Below, one piece after another: positions 21,344 to 32,907 of a stretch of DNA of 64,000 bases. Both the position numbers and the translations under genes were made by a program. Below the pieces are notes generated by a model, which was given only the letters and a program-made list of their open reading frames with translations, ran no database searches and was not told where the DNA came from. Within the stretch, counting starts at the first letter, position 1, and the number at the start of each line of letters is the position of its first letter. Origin of the DNA: an uncultured Prochlorococcus sp. (GTDB lineage Bacteria; Cyanobacteriota; Cyanobacteriia; PCC-6307; Cyanobiaceae); contig CABYNZ010000003.1 of the NCBI GenBank assembly GCA_902520485.1, forward strand, positions 6,859-70,858. Reading direction: 5' to 3'.

Positions 21344-22909
21344 TCAAGATATTTGTCTCATTTTTTCATTTCTCATTAATTTTGATAATTCGTCACCAAT
21401 AGCAGAAGCATTTGACCCTTTTTTACACTTTGATGCAGCAAATGAATGCAAAAGTACATATTTAGCAAAAAAATCTGTTGTTATATTTCTACATAAGGTT
21501 AAATCAATCGCAGAACTGCCAGCTATAAATCCAGATAAAAGATCACCCAGTCCAGCTCTGGCTGTCTGAGAATCGGTACCGAATAGTTGCCATACTTTTT
21601 TATTATCAGCAACTATGCTGTTAGCTCCCTTTAATAAAATACTAATATTAAACTCCTTTGCTGCATCAAGAGCCAATCCTAAATTGGTATCAGATTTGAT
21701 ATTCGGGAATAACCTTTGAAATTCTTTGCTATGTGGTGTAATCCATGTTTTATATTTTCTCTCTAAAAAGAAATTTGCCCCCAACTTAGATTCCGAAATT
21801 CTATTAAGTGCATCTGCATCTAAAATCAATAATCCTCCATAATCCATAAGATAGTCTTTTGATTTTTGCCAATCATCATTATCAATTCCTATTCCAGGGC
21901 CAACAGCTAACGAATCAAATGCACTTAAATCAATATTTTTTAATGCACTAAATAAAGAAGCATTTCCATTTTGATTAGATTGCATAGTATCCTTTAAAAC
22001 TATTTCTGGAGCAACTTGCCAAATAGATTCAGCAACTATCGCAGGCAGGACCGCAGAGATAAAGCCTGCTCCACTTGATATCGCGCCTTTTAATGCTAAG
22101 TATGCAGCACCAGGATATTTTTCACTTCCAGCTATTAATAATGTTCTACCTCTTTTATATTTATAGGAATTTTTTGGTAAAGGAGGTAAATCAATATTTT
22201 TTAAATCTTTATAAGTAACCTTAAAAATCTTTTTATCAACTTTGTAAAGTTTACTAATAGGCACCCCAACATCTATGTGGTGCAATTCTCCAATAAAAGG
22301 TAATGCAGAATCTTGCGTCAGCCCAATCTTATTAAGACCAATTACTAAGGTATAGTCTGCCTTTACTGCGTTATCTAAAAAAGACTCTCCTTTATCAGGA
22401 CATAATCCTGTTGGAATATCAATACTTATTACCTTGCCATATTTGTTATGAAATTTTTGATTAAAAAGTTTAATTAATTTATTATCAACTTTTCTTGTTT
22501 GATTATTACCAAAAACAGCATCAATCCAAAGTTCTTTACCATTTGCATCAGGGGGCTCTACTAATTTTGTAACACCAATAGATGTAAGATAATTAAGGTG
22601 GTTATTTGTTAATGTTTTTTTTATAGGGAATGGACACCATACCCTTACTAAAAAACCTTTCAAAAAAAGCTCTCTAGCTACTACTGCACCATCCCCACCA
22701 TTATGCCCAGGACCTATAAAAATAGTTATTCCATACTTTAGAAGAGGTTTTCTTTTAAAGAGCCATCTACTAATTTGAATACCAGCTTTTTCCATCAATG
22801 CTTCTTGAGGCATTCCATCAGAAAACATTTCTTTCTCTAACATCAACATTTGCTTTGAATCAACAATTAAATGTTTAGAGTCAATTGTTGGCCATACAAT
22901 TTCGTTCAT
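21344..22909 (-). CDS. nnr: Bifunctional NAD(P)HX epimerase/dehydratase (YjeF/Nnr)
   Basis: LMEKAG, GPGHNGGDG, DIPTG, GPGIG, DADAL, TPH..EF, AG.GDLLSG. Confidence 0.93.
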   Translation of the reverse strand: MNEIVWPTIDSKHLIVDSKQMLMLEKEMFSDGMPQEALMEKAGIQISRWLFKRKPLLKYGITIFIGPGHNGGDGAVVARELFLKGFLVRVWCPFPIKKTLTNNHLNYLTSIGVTKLVEPPDANGKELWIDAVFGNNQTRKVDNKLIKLFNQKFHNKYGKVISIDIPTGLCPDKGESFLDNAVKADYTLVIGLNKIGLTQDSALPFIGELHHIDVGVPISKLYKVDKKIFKVTYKDLKNIDLPPLPKNSYKYKRGRTLLIAGSEKYPGAAYLALKGAISSGAGFISAVLPAIVAESIWQVAPEIVLKDTMQSNQNGNASLFSALKNIDLSAFDSLAVGPGIGIDNDDWQKSKDYLMDYGGLLILDADALNRISESKLGANFFLERKYKTWITPHSKEFQRLFPNIKSDTNLGLALDAAKEFNISILLKGANSIVADNKKVWQLFGTDSQTARAGLGDLLSGFIAGSSAIDLTLCRNITTDFFAKYVLLHSFAASKCKKGSNASAIGDELSKLMRNEKMRQIS

Positions 22910-22954
22910 AATGAATACAAAGCAATTGAAGTACTGTTCAAAATTTAAACTTCC

Positions 22955-24127
22955 ATGTTAAAGACACAAAAGGATAAAAAATTAGAGAACTTTTTTTCTT
23001 CTAATAATAAAACTAAAAAGAAGAAGAATATTATTGTAGGTCTTTCTGGTGGCGTAGATAGTTCCCTTTCAGCTGCTCTTCTTGTAGAAAGAGGCTGGAA
23101 TGTTGAGGGACTAACTCTTTGGCTAATAAAAGGACAAGGCTCCTGTTGTTCTGAAGGATTAGTAGATGCTGCTGGCCTTTGTGATGATTTAGGAATTGAT
23201 CATAAAATAATAGACTCAAGAGAAATTTTCGAAAGAGAGGTAATTAAAAAAACTACTGAAAGCTATGAGAAAGGATTCACTCCTCTTCCATGTTCGATGT
23301 GCAACAAGAATGTGAAGTTTGAAGAGATGCTTAATTACGCAATAAGCAAAAAAGACTTTACTCATATCGCTACCGGACATTACGCAAGGATAAAAAAATC
23401 ATCTTATGCAGAAAAACTTGATTGTAAGAGCTTTGTATTTAAAGACTTCCTTCTTCTCAGAGGTGCTGACGAAAACAAAGATCAAAGTTATTTTCTTTAT
23501 TCTCTTTCTCAAGAAGTACTCAGCAGATTAGAATTTCCTCTTGGTGAAATGAAAAAAGAACAAACAAGAAGGGAAGCCCTTAGATTAGGCCTTAGAACTG
23601 CTCAAAAACCAGAAAGTCAAGATTTATGTTTAGTTGAGCATTATGGATCAATGCAGAGATTTATCGACAAACATATAGAACCCAAAGAAGGAGAAATTGT
23701 ACATGTTAATGGGAAAGTCCTGGGGAGGCACAATGGTATTCAGCACTTTACAGTAGGTCAAAGAAAAGGTTTAGGCATCGCTTGGCAGGAACCATTATAT
23801 GTAAAAAGTTTAGACAGGGATAAAAACATAGTTTATGTAGCAGATAAAAATGATCTATTTAATAGAGAAGCAATAATTAGAAAGGTTAACTGGGTTTCAA
23901 TCGAAGAACCTAAACAAGAGATAGAAGTAGAAGCACAAATTAGATATAGAAGTCGTCCAGTAAGAGGGACTTTAATACCTTTGAAAAATTTAAAAAATCC
24001 AACTACAACCTTTAAATTAATTTTTGAAGAAAGTCAAAGTTCGGTAACACCCGGACAAGCTGCAGTTTTTTATAAAGGAGAAATTTTATTAGGTGGCGGA
24101 TTAATTAGTTTTCCAAAAGAAATTTAA
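22955..24127 (+). CDS. mnmA: tRNA 2-thiouridylase MnmA
   Basis: SGGVDS, ATGHYAR, KDQSYFL, ESQDLC, TVGQRKG, TPGQ. Confidence 0.97.
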   Translation: MLKTQKDKKLENFFSSNNKTKKKKNIIVGLSGGVDSSLSAALLVERGWNVEGLTLWLIKGQGSCCSEGLVDAAGLCDDLGIDHKIIDSREIFEREVIKKTTESYEKGFTPLPCSMCNKNVKFEEMLNYAISKKDFTHIATGHYARIKKSSYAEKLDCKSFVFKDFLLLRGADENKDQSYFLYSLSQEVLSRLEFPLGEMKKEQTRREALRLGLRTAQKPESQDLCLVEHYGSMQRFIDKHIEPKEGEIVHVNGKVLGRHNGIQHFTVGQRKGLGIAWQEPLYVKSLDRDKNIVYVADKNDLFNREAIIRKVNWVSIEEPKQEIEVEAQIRYRSRPVRGTLIPLKNLKNPTTTFKLIFEESQSSVTPGQAAVFYKGEILLGGGLISFPKEI

Positions 24128-25588
24128 TCCCATAAAAAATATAAATAATAACAAAATAGGTTTATCTCCAAATTTTGTATAGAAGGTCTTGTCGTCTGAA
24201 AAATTAGGGAAAACGACTTTATTTTGCTCCACATTTAAATTTAGAAGTTGAATTATTTTCCCATCATCTTTAATTAAGCCCGAAGGACCAGTGTTTGATA
24301 CAAGTAGATTATCTTTTTTATTTTCAATACTTCTCAATCTTGCCAAAGACAGGAGCTGATTATAAAGCTTAGTTGGATAGGGATCTAAATTTGCTGCAGT
24401 TATTATTAATTTTGCACCGCTATTAATAGCCTTTCTTATTTTCAATCCATCACTAATTTCATAACAAATAGCCACTGCTAGCGGTTGTGTAAATTTAGGA
24501 TCAAAAAATCTTGAATCAGAGCCAGGTTGAATTCCTCCTACTGCAGATAATCCTCTTGAAAAACTATTTAGAAATCTAGGAATTTTTTCACCTAGTGGAA
24601 CAAGTCTATTTTTATCAATAAATGTGGTAGAAGATTTATCTCCAATTTGAAATCCAAGTAAAGAACTTCTTAACTCATTATTAGAATTTCTGAAACCTCC
24701 TGCCAAGGTATTAACCTTAAAGCCTTGAGATAAATAAAAATTACTATACAGAGTCCCTTCAGGAGCAACGAGAAGTTCTACTTTATTGGCTAAAGCATAC
24801 TTTTTAGCAATAGATAGTTTTTCTTTAATAAATTCATCATCTTTTTTTAATTTTTCTCTTGTTGGGAAGTTGGTTTGCCAAATAGCCACAGGATATTCAT
24901 AATTTCTTTTATTTGGAGTTGTTAATCCCCCAAATAGATGTAAGAAAAAAATAATAAAAAGTCCATAAATAAATATTTTTTTAAAATGAAGTTTTCTTCT
25001 CCATCTACCGTGACTAAAAAATATCCAAAATCCAATCAATAATTGTAATACGCATAAACCACTTGCCCCAATCCACCTTGCCAAACCAGCAAGATAAATA
25101 TCACCTGGGACAAGACTCTCGCCTAAACCTATCCAAAAAAAAGGCGTTTGAGAAAGTATCAATTCACCAATCCCCCAAGTCAAAGATAAAAAAAATACTT
25201 TTAGAGTTAAGGGTAATATTTTTATTTTAAAAACATCCTCTTTCCAGAGAATAATTTCAACTAACAAACCCCAAAAATAAACTAATAACCCACCCAGAAA
25301 AGCACAAAATAATAATATTGAAATGGTGATTATTAAACTTGCAAGCCATGAAAAACCTAGCCATGTTAATGGATGAAGATCATAAAGCCAAGAATGACTT
25401 ATCAAGATAAAGAAAAAACCCCAACAAAAATTTGCTATTCTCCTTTCACTTCCCTTCCATAAAATAAATAATGACATCGGCATAAAAATCAGCCAAAGAT
25501 GGGTTGCAACAGAAATGCCTCCTAAGATGCCACCTAGACATGGGTAAAAATATTGCTTTAAACTTTTAACCTGAGTTGGGATTAACAA
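24101..25588 (-). CDS. lnt: Apolipoprotein N-acyltransferase
   Basis: Multi-TM N-terminus; nitrilase triad in APEG, K.RLVPLGE, ICYE. Confidence 0.92.
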   Translation of the reverse strand: MLIPTQVKSLKQYFYPCLGGILGGISVATHLWLIFMPMSLFILWKGSERRIANFCWGFFFILISHSWLYDLHPLTWLGFSWLASLIITISILLFCAFLGGLLVYFWGLLVEIILWKEDVFKIKILPLTLKVFFLSLTWGIGELILSQTPFFWIGLGESLVPGDIYLAGLARWIGASGLCVLQLLIGFWIFFSHGRWRRKLHFKKIFIYGLFIIFFLHLFGGLTTPNKRNYEYPVAIWQTNFPTREKLKKDDEFIKEKLSIAKKYALANKVELLVAPEGTLYSNFYLSQGFKVNTLAGGFRNSNNELRSSLLGFQIGDKSSTTFIDKNRLVPLGEKIPRFLNSFSRGLSAVGGIQPGSDSRFFDPKFTQPLAVAICYEISDGLKIRKAINSGAKLIITAANLDPYPTKLYNQLLSLARLRSIENKKDNLLVSNTGPSGLIKDDGKIIQLLNLNVEQNKVVFPNFSDDKTFYTKFGDKPILLLFIFFMGLNFFWKTN

Positions 25589-25673
25589 TCTAAAATTTCA
25601 AATTAAATTTAAAATCACCCATTTATTGTACCTTTATTCTGTAGTATTAGTTTTAGTAACTTTCAAAATCTAG

Positions 25674-26246
25674 GTGAAAGAAGTCTTTATCAGTTTTGCA
25701 GTTTTTGTTTTTTGTGTTTCATTAACTATTTTCAGTCAATTCAATTCACCTCAAGTTGTTAATGCTGCTGAATCAGAAAATCAATTAATTCAACAAAAGC
25801 CTCTTGCAAAATCATCAAATATTTCAAATAATAATTTATTTGAACTAGACCCATCAGATCCAAATCCTATACTTTTCGCTATGGCAGAAGAAACACCATC
25901 AAACAGCAATTCAAGGACTACAGAAAGTGGTCTAATTATTGCAGATATCGTAAATGGGGAAGGAGATGAAGCTAGTGCTGGGCAAACAGTTACAGTAAAT
26001 TACACAGGAACTTTAGAAGACGGGACACAATTTGATACCAGTATCGGAAGAGCTCCATTCAGCTTTCCCTTGGGTGCTGGACGAGTAATAAAAGGTTGGG
26101 ATGAAGGCGTAGCAGGCATGAAAGTTGGAGGTAAAAGAAAATTGACAATACCTCCGGAACTTGGATACGGATCGAGAGGAGCAGGAAATGTAATACCTGC
26201 TAATGCGACTTTAATATTTGAAGTTGAATTATTAAAAGTCAATTAA
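25674..26246 (+). CDS. FKBP-type peptidyl-prolyl cis-trans isomerase with signal peptide
   Basis: [35 protein letters not shown]. Confidence 0.96.
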   Translation: MKEVFISFAVFVFCVSLTIFSQFNSPQVVNAAESENQLIQQKPLAKSSNISNNNLFELDPSDPNPILFAMAEETPSNSNSRTTESGLIIADIVNGEGDEASAGQTVTVNYTGTLEDGTQFDTSIGRAPFSFPLGAGRVIKGWDEGVAGMKVGGKRKLTIPPELGYGSRGAGNVIPANATLIFEVELLKVN

Positions 26247-26329
26247 ATTAAATTGAGTAAGAAAAATATCTAAGACTTTTCAATTTAGTTAATCTCCAAG
26301 TATTATATAAACAACATCAAATATTTGAA

Positions 26330-26803
26330 ATGTTAAGTAAATTCATCAATTCTTTTCTAAATAAAAAATCCACAATTACAGCCCATGCTCACTGTGACGG
26401 TCCTTGTGGTGTTTACGACCCAGCATCTACGAGAGTTGCAGCTGAAGCAGTTTTATCAATGACAAAAAAACTTATTGCTTTAGAAGCTCCTTCTAGTACT
26501 GATTCAGCAGAGTGGGCTGCATACAGTAATACATTTTCTAGATATGTCGCAGTTAAAGAAGAGCAAGCAAAAGAAACAAAGAAAGAAATTCTAATCTTAT
26601 GGACAGATTACTTTAAACCGGTTCACTTAGAAACTTATCCTGACTTACATGAAACCATTTGGAAGGCGGCCAAATTATGCAGTGCGTGCAAAGTTAATAT
26701 TGACATAGCTCAAGCTGAAGAACTCATGAGTTATGTAGAAAAGATTCATAGTATTTTCTGGGCTTCAAAGGGAAGATCAGACGCTTTTGTAAAAGCTAGT
26801 TAA
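26330..26803 (+). CDS. sodN: Nickel superoxide dismutase precursor
   Basis: Leader followed by the Ni-hook HCDGPCGVYDPA; ILWTDYFK. Confidence 0.98.
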   Translation: MLSKFINSFLNKKSTITAHAHCDGPCGVYDPASTRVAAEAVLSMTKKLIALEAPSSTDSAEWAAYSNTFSRYVAVKEEQAKETKKEILILWTDYFKPVHLETYPDLHETIWKAAKLCSACKVNIDIAQAEELMSYVEKIHSIFWASKGRSDAFVKAS

Positions 26804-26808
26804 CCAGA

Positions 26809-27204
26809 ATTATTTACAAAAGTTTTTTTGATTTTATTTTATTTTTTTTAGGTTTAAGAAAAATTGCCATTATTAGTGGCGAATCGATGTTACCTTACCT
26901 AAAGGAAGGAGATATTGTATTTTTTAGAAAATATAAAAAGAATAAATCAATACTTAAAAATCGACAAATAGTTATATTTAATCATCCACTAAAAAATAAA
27001 AACCTAATAAAAAGAATAAGCTCAGTAAATCAAAATAATATAGAAGTTATTGGCGACAATATTAGATTTAGCGAAGATAGTAGTAAATTTGGATTAATCA
27101 ATAATGAAAAAATAATTGGGATTGTCACGTCTAAATTAATTATTCCAAAATTAAAAAATTTTTTAATTCAAAAAAACAGAAGCACTTCTTTGAAGCCAAA
27201 ATAA
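26809..27204 (+). CDS. sodX: Ni-SOD maturation protease SodX (S26 peptidase); true start uncertain and upstream of the ORF-track ATG 26887
   Basis: In-frame SGESMLP (catalytic Ser at 26884-26886) and LIKRI (Lys), GDN...SEDS..FG; directly after sodN. Confidence 0.85.
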   Translation: MIYKSFFDFILFFLGLRKIAIISGESMLPYLKEGDIVFFRKYKKNKSILKNRQIVIFNHPLKNKNLIKRISSVNQNNIEVIGDNIRFSEDSSKFGLINNEKIIGIVTSKLIIPKLKNFLIQKNRSTSLKPK

Positions 27205-27834
27205 TCCCAAAGAAAAGGAAAGCCCTCCTGCTACAGCTATTAATCTTTTGATAAATTTTTGACTTGCTTTAAAGGTGGTGAAAGATATTAAACAAGTAAA
27301 AAGATTCATACTTAATAGTGAACCAATCAAATATGAAATCAAATATAAGCAAGCGCTTGTTAAAGGTAGTGCTAAAGCAGGAAGAACTGCAAGAAAATGT
27401 GAACCTCCAGCTATACCATGTAGCAAGCCTAAACCAGTCAAAGCATGTGAGTGTTTATTATTATTTTTTTGTTCCTTAACATGAAAGTGAAAGTGACGAT
27501 GGGCAATTCCATTCTCATGCTTATGGGAATGGGAGTGGATACTTAATTGAAAAGAATTTTTTATAGCAAATAGTCCAACAATTAAAAGAGAAATTCCAAC
27601 GAGGAATTCGGCAATATTAGAAAATTTGTTTAATGGCGCAATATCCTTAATAAAAATCGCTAGAAAAGATAGCAAGAGGACACCTGAAGAATGTCCTAAG
27701 CTCCATGAGAAACTATTTTTAAGAGCTTTTTGGGGATTATTAATCGCTGCTGGTACCATTGAGATTAGATGATCAGCGCCACTTACTACATGCACAAATC
27801 CTGCAACTATACCTGTTAAAATTACAGCCTGCAT
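27163..27834 (-). CDS. Nickel permease (SodT/UreH, NiCoT-like)
   Basis: HVVSGADH, W.LGH, His-rich loop HSHSHKH..HRHFHFH, GLLHGIAG; next to sodN-sodX. Confidence 0.85.
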   Translation of the reverse strand: MQAVILTGIVAGFVHVVSGADHLISMVPAAINNPQKALKNSFSWSLGHSSGVLLLSFLAIFIKDIAPLNKFSNIAEFLVGISLLIVGLFAIKNSFQLSIHSHSHKHENGIAHRHFHFHVKEQKNNNKHSHALTGLGLLHGIAGGSHFLAVLPALALPLTSACLYLISYLIGSLLSMNLFTCLISFTTFKASQKFIKRLIAVAGGLSFSLGLFWLQRSASVFLN

Positions 27835-27888
27835 ATATATTCAGTACACTCTATTTATTCAATTTTATAGCACGATTTGAAGTCATTA

Positions 27889-28776
27889 TTAAATTGAGTT
27901 AAATAATTTCTTGAACGATTGTTCAATATCAGTTTCTCTCATAAAAGTTTCACCAATTAATACTCCCTTGATTCCAATAGATCTAAGCGATTCTAAATCT
28001 TCGGCAGAATTAATTCCAGATTCACTTATGGGAATAATATTTTGTTTTAAAAATATATCTGCATATGTATTCATCAATTCTACTGATATTTTTAAATCCG
28101 TTTTAAAAGTCTTTAAGTCCCTATTATTTATTCCAATCAAATTAAAAGATTTTAACTTTAGAATCCTTTCTAATTCATAAGAGTTATGGACTTCAACAAG
28201 AACACTCATCTTTAAATTATAAGCAATTTTCTTTAAATAAATTAAATCGTCATCACTTAAAATCGCAGCGATTAATAATATTGCATCAGCACCAGATACC
28301 CTTGCTTTATAAATCTGATAAGCAGAAATAATAAAATCTTTGCAGAGTAGAGGAAGATTAGTTGATCTCCTTACATTTTCGAGTATTTCATAACTACCTT
28401 TAAAAAACCTTTTATCGGTTAGTACTGAGATACATGATGCACCTAATCCTTCATAACAAATTGCTATGTTTTCGGGGTTAAAATCTTTTCTAATAACTCC
28501 TTTACTCGGACTAGCTTTTTTTATTTCAGCAATAACTCCTGGTTTTATTTTTGACTCCAAGATATTTTTGTAAAAATCTTTGGGAGTAGGAAGTTTTTCA
28601 ATCTTTTTGATTAGATCTTCTAAAGAGACTATTTTTTTAAAATTCTTAATTTCAATATCCTTGTGCCATACAATTTCTTCCAGAATGTTTTTTGCTTGTG
28701 CTTCTCTATGAGGTACAGCATATTCTAAATTTTCTACCCTTACTGTTGGATTTGGTGGCCTGCGTCTTATCTCCAT
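27889..28776 (-). CDS. trpC: Indole-3-glycerol phosphate synthase
   Basis: [35 protein letters not shown]. Confidence 0.98.
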   Translation of the reverse strand: MEIRRRPPNPTVRVENLEYAVPHREAQAKNILEEIVWHKDIEIKNFKKIVSLEDLIKKIEKLPTPKDFYKNILESKIKPGVIAEIKKASPSKGVIRKDFNPENIAICYEGLGASCISVLTDKRFFKGSYEILENVRRSTNLPLLCKDFIISAYQIYKARVSGADAILLIAAILSDDDLIYLKKIAYNLKMSVLVEVHNSYELERILKLKSFNLIGINNRDLKTFKTDLKISVELMNTYADIFLKQNIIPISESGINSAEDLESLRSIGIKGVLIGETFMRETDIEQSFKKLFNSI

Positions 28777-28787
28777 TAATTTAGATA

Positions 28788-30227
28788 TTATTTTATTTGA
28801 GAAGCCGCTTGTTTATATGCGACCTCAACTACTTCGCTAAGAGTAGGATGAGTATGAACTTCTTTAGATAATTCAATTACATCTTGGTTCCTTGAAATAG
28901 CATTCGAAATTTCTTGAATTAAATCAGCTGCATGTAACCCAAAAATATGAGCACCTAGTACTTTCCCATTATCTTTATTAAAAATCAACTTTAGCAATCC
29001 ATCACTCTCCAATTCAGCCAATGCTTTTGAATTAGCCTTAAAGAAACTTTTGACAACTCCCAAAGTGAAATTTTCTTTTGAAGATATCTCTTTAGCTTCA
29101 ACTTCAGAAAGACCAACTGAACTTATCTCTGGGTGAGTAAAGGTTGCTGCTGGGATACTTTTATAGTTAATTTCGACATTACCACCGCAAATATTATCAA
29201 CAGCAATAGTACCCTGCGCTGCAGCTGTATGGGCAAGCATTAGTTTGCCTGTTACATCTCCAACAGCCCAAATGTTAGGTATTATTTCATCACCATTCTT
29301 AACTCTCATTTGATCATCTACAGGAATGAAACCTTTTACTGTTTCGATACCAACCGACTCAAGATTTAAGTTATTACTATTAGGACTTCTGCCAGTTGCA
29401 ACAAGTACAGCGTCAACTTCTAAAATTTCAACAACTTCCTTAGATTTTGCATCCGTCAGTTCTATTTTTACAGGGCATCCAGGTGTTATTTTTGTCGCAA
29501 AGACATTTGATTTTGTGTCTATATCTCTTGCTTGAATAAGATTCTTCTTAGCAATTTTAGTGATGTCTGGATCAAATGTTGGCATGATATTCTCCAAAGC
29601 CTCGATCATGGTAACTTCACAACCAAGCGCGGTATAAACATCTGCAAATTCTAGTCCTATATATCCGCTTCCAATAATTGCTATCCATCTTGGAAGCCAC
29701 TCAAGTTTAACCGCATCATCGCTAGTAAATACGGTCCTATTATCCAAAGTTATTCCGCGGGGCACAAAAGGAGAAGAGCCTGTTGCTATAACAATGTTCT
29801 TACATGTGAAAATTTTATGAATTCCGTTTTTATCTCTTACACCTACTTTTTGATTTCCTTCAATTCTTCCAATGCCCAAAATAATTTCAACTCCACTCCT
29901 TTTAAGAGTTTTTGTCAAATTTTCTCTAACATTTAAAACTAAATTATTTGCATGATCTGCAATTTTTGATCTCTCGAACCTTACTGGTGAAGCATGTATA
30001 CCAAATTTAGCTAAATGTTCATAATTAGCTATTTCTCTAACTTTTCCACTTGCAGCCAAAAGAGCTTTAGATGGAACACAACCCTTGTTAACACAAGTGC
30101 CTCCCATATCAGAAGATTCTACTATTGCGACTTTCAGTCCCTTACCAGCAGCATGTTTAGCGGCATCAAAACCTCCATATCCTGCTCCTATTACGATTAA
30201 ATCAAAATCAAAACTTGAATCAGTCAC
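28788..30227 (-). CDS. lpdA: Dihydrolipoyl dehydrogenase
   Basis: [35 protein letters not shown]. Confidence 0.97.
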   Translation of the reverse strand: MTDSSFDFDLIVIGAGYGGFDAAKHAAGKGLKVAIVESSDMGGTCVNKGCVPSKALLAASGKVREIANYEHLAKFGIHASPVRFERSKIADHANNLVLNVRENLTKTLKRSGVEIILGIGRIEGNQKVGVRDKNGIHKIFTCKNIVIATGSSPFVPRGITLDNRTVFTSDDAVKLEWLPRWIAIIGSGYIGLEFADVYTALGCEVTMIEALENIMPTFDPDITKIAKKNLIQARDIDTKSNVFATKITPGCPVKIELTDAKSKEVVEILEVDAVLVATGRSPNSNNLNLESVGIETVKGFIPVDDQMRVKNGDEIIPNIWAVGDVTGKLMLAHTAAAQGTIAVDNICGGNVEINYKSIPAATFTHPEISSVGLSEVEAKEISSKENFTLGVVKSFFKANSKALAELESDGLLKLIFNKDNGKVLGAHIFGLHAADLIQEISNAISRNQDVIELSKEVHTHPTLSEVVEVAYKQAASQIK

Positions 30228-30238
30228 TTTTTATTTAT

Positions 30239-31081
30239 TTATTTAGAGGTGTATGCGACTCTTTTTCGTTCTAGTAATAACGGAACTGCAACACAAGCCA
30301 CATTTAATGATTCTACAATCTCACTATGCGGAATTGTAATTGTTTCATTAAAAGCTTCTTGAATTTTTTTATGAATACCTTGACCTTCATTACCCAAAAT
30401 TAATGCGGTACTTCTAGACCAATCAACTTCCCAGTAAGGTTTTGAAGGCTTTTTTGAACTCTCATTATGGCTACTAGTAGAGAAAATCTTAAATCCTACA
30501 TTTGATAATTCAGATAAAGACTTAAGTAAAGAATTTAATATTTCTTCTTCAATTCCATCAAATCTTAAAAATGGCAGATGAAAAACTGCACCTGAGGATG
30601 CTCTTAATACCTTTTGGCCTAATGGGTGAGCACCTCCAGCTAAAAAAATTGCATTAACACCTGCAGCTAAAGCTGTTCTAAATAGATTACCCATATTCCC
30701 GGGATCTTGAATTCTGTCGAGAACAAGAACAAAATCATCTTTTCTATTAAATTGATAATTAGGTATTGCTGAAATCTCTACTAAAGCTGCTATCCCATCT
30801 GGATTAATTGTTGAAATCGCAGATGCCAAGACTTCCTCTGAGACAATATTTATTAGTGACTCATGAAATTTTTTGCTTAGATTTTGATTCTTTCTTAGCC
30901 ATTTTTCGGTAACTAAAATCTTAGATGGATTTTTTCCAGACTTCAGCAATTCTTCAATAAGATGTGTACCCTCTATGCAAAAAAAGTCTTCATCTTTTGG
31001 AGATGATCCTCTTTTAAATGATCTAAATCTTTTAACTAGATTATTGTTTTTACTAGTTATTTTTAAAAAAGTATTTTCTAT
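30239..31081 (-). CDS. TrmH/SpoU family RNA methyltransferase; start uncertain (non-canonical, 31060-31111)
   Basis: IQDPGNMGNLFRTA, GNEGQG, ESLNVA; frame continues upstream of 30949 with ITSKNNNLVK...FCIEGTHLIEE. Confidence 0.88.
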   Translation of the reverse strand: MENTFLKITSKNNNLVKRFRSFKRGSSPKDEDFFCIEGTHLIEELLKSGKNPSKILVTEKWLRKNQNLSKKFHESLINIVSEEVLASAISTINPDGIAALVEISAIPNYQFNRKDDFVLVLDRIQDPGNMGNLFRTALAAGVNAIFLAGGAHPLGQKVLRASSGAVFHLPFLRFDGIEEEILNSLLKSLSELSNVGFKIFSTSSHNESSKKPSKPYWEVDWSRSTALILGNEGQGIHKKIQEAFNETITIPHSEIVESLNVACVAVPLLLERKRVAYTSK

Positions 31082-31272
31082 GAGTAATTTTAAAAATTTG
31101 TTATCAACTATATTTTAATTACATAAATATTTTGATCAATTATTTATTAAATTTTTATTTCCCAAGAAATCAAAAAATACATTTTTTCACTTTTAAATAA
31201 TATTCATGACGTTACATAGGGTGGACTTAATATTATTAGTTTGTCATGATGAATTTAATAAATTAAGTCTTA

Positions 31273-32643
31273 ATGATTTGCGGAAGCAAAACGAAGTCAT
31301 ATCTTAAATCGCAAAATTTAAAGATTCTTGGCCAAGGCAAGTTAAATGGAATAGTTGAAATAAGTGGTGCGAAAAATTCCGCCTTAGTTTTATTAGCCTC
31401 ATCATTACTAACTAATGAAAAAATAATCCTTGAAAATGTACCTTTTCTCACTGATATTGAAAAGATGGGGAATATCTTAAAGAATTTAGGAGTGAATTTA
31501 GTTCGTAAAAACCACCAACTAGAGATAGATCCAACAACTATTGCGATTAAAGAACTTCCATATGAACTTGTTAAAGGATTAAGAGCTAGTTTTTTTTGTA
31601 TAGGTGCACTATTAACTAAATTTGGAGAAGCTCAAGTACCGTTACCAGGTGGATGCAATATTGGTTCAAGGCCAATAGATGAGCACATTAATGGGCTAAT
31701 CGCATTAGGAGCAGACATTATTATTGAAGAGGGAATTGTAAAGGCAAAAACAAGGGGAAACAAAAATAGACTTCATGGCACTCACATTAAATTAAATTGT
31801 CCAAGTGTAGGTGCGACTGAAACTCTAATAATGGCAGCATCTTTAGCCGAAGGAAGAACTACTATTGAAAATGCTGCTAGAGAGCCAGAAGTTCAGGATT
31901 TATGCCAAATGCTTAATAAAATGGGGGCAAAAATTTATGACTCCGGTAAAGAAACAATTATTATTGATGGTGTTAATAAGCTTGGCGGATGTACCCATAA
32001 AGTAATTCCAGACCGAATAGAAGCTGGAACTTTTCTAATAGCTGCTGCTGCAACTTCCTCTTCAATAACAATTTCTCCAGTAATCCCTCATCATCTTGAA
32101 GCTGTTACTAATAAGCTTCAAGAGAGTGGGAGTAAAATTACGATTAAAGGTAATTCTATTTCTATTAAGAGTAAAGAGATTAAAGGAGTAGATATTGAAA
32201 CAGCTCCTTTTCCAGGCTTTCCTACTGATTTGCAGGCACCATTTACAGCTCTAATGACAATCGCAAATGGTGAATCAAAGATAACTGAAACAATTTTCGA
32301 AAACAGAATGAATCATATTTATTTACTTAATGCAATGGGCGCACGCATAAAACTAAACAAAAACGTAGCTCACATCAAAGGTGTTAAATCAATTAAAGGG
32401 ATGAATCTAGTTGGCTCAGATTTAAGGTCATCAGCTGCATTAATAATTGCAGGAATCATCGCAAAAGGTAGTAGTAAGATCTATGGATTAGAACATTTAG
32501 ATAGAGGATACGAAAATTTTGAATTAAAACTAAAAAATTTAGGTGTAAAAATAATTAGAGAGGTCAGTAAAAATACTTTAGAGGAGCATGGATATAAAAT
32601 TTCACCAAAATCTGAAAATCTTTCAAAATTAGAAGCAGCTTAA
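31273..32643 (+). CDS. murA: UDP-N-acetylglucosamine 1-carboxyvinyltransferase
   Basis: SGAKNS, LPGGCNIGSRP, SVGATE, PGFPTDLQ, DLR, HLDRGYE. Confidence 0.98.
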   Translation: MICGSKTKSYLKSQNLKILGQGKLNGIVEISGAKNSALVLLASSLLTNEKIILENVPFLTDIEKMGNILKNLGVNLVRKNHQLEIDPTTIAIKELPYELVKGLRASFFCIGALLTKFGEAQVPLPGGCNIGSRPIDEHINGLIALGADIIIEEGIVKAKTRGNKNRLHGTHIKLNCPSVGATETLIMAASLAEGRTTIENAAREPEVQDLCQMLNKMGAKIYDSGKETIIIDGVNKLGGCTHKVIPDRIEAGTFLIAAAATSSSITISPVIPHHLEAVTNKLQESGSKITIKGNSISIKSKEIKGVDIETAPFPGFPTDLQAPFTALMTIANGESKITETIFENRMNHIYLLNAMGARIKLNKNVAHIKGVKSIKGMNLVGSDLRSSAALIIAGIIAKGSSKIYGLEHLDRGYENFELKLKNLGVKIIREVSKNTLEEHGYKISPKSENLSKLEAA

Positions 32644-32678
32644 TCTTTTTTCAAAATTTTTATACTAATAAAGTTGAT

Positions 32679-32789
32679 TCAAACGTAAGCAATATTGATT
32701 AATGAAATACAACCCAAAAATAAAAAAAACAAAACTAAAAAGCGATTAGACCAAATTTTATTTAAACCATTAAATTTGAATTCGCTCAT
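32679..32789 (-). CDS. Putative 36-aa single-TM microprotein (MSEFKFNGLNKIWSNRFLVLFFLFLGCISLINIAYV)
   Basis: Read by hand; ATG overlaps the upstream TGA (ATGA coupling); C-terminal hydrophobic helix. Confidence 0.5.
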   Translation of the reverse strand: MSEFKFNGLNKIWSNRFLVLFFLFLGCISLINIAYV

Positions 32790-32893
32790 GCCCAAGTTCC
32801 GCTACTAGATCCGAATGTTGTAAGTATAGTCACTGCAATAAAAAGATAAGGGACAAACTTAAAGGATAATTTTTTAGCTTGAGTTTTTGACAT
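32786..32893 (-). CDS. Putative 35-aa single-TM microprotein (MSKTQAKKLSFKFVPYLFIAVTILTTFGSSSGTWA)
   Basis: Read by hand; basic N-terminus then hydrophobic helix; extended -10 just upstream. Confidence 0.6.
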   Translation of the reverse strand: MSKTQAKKLSFKFVPYLFIAVTILTTFGSSSGTWA

Positions 32894-32907
32894 TTGATTT
32901 TTTATAA

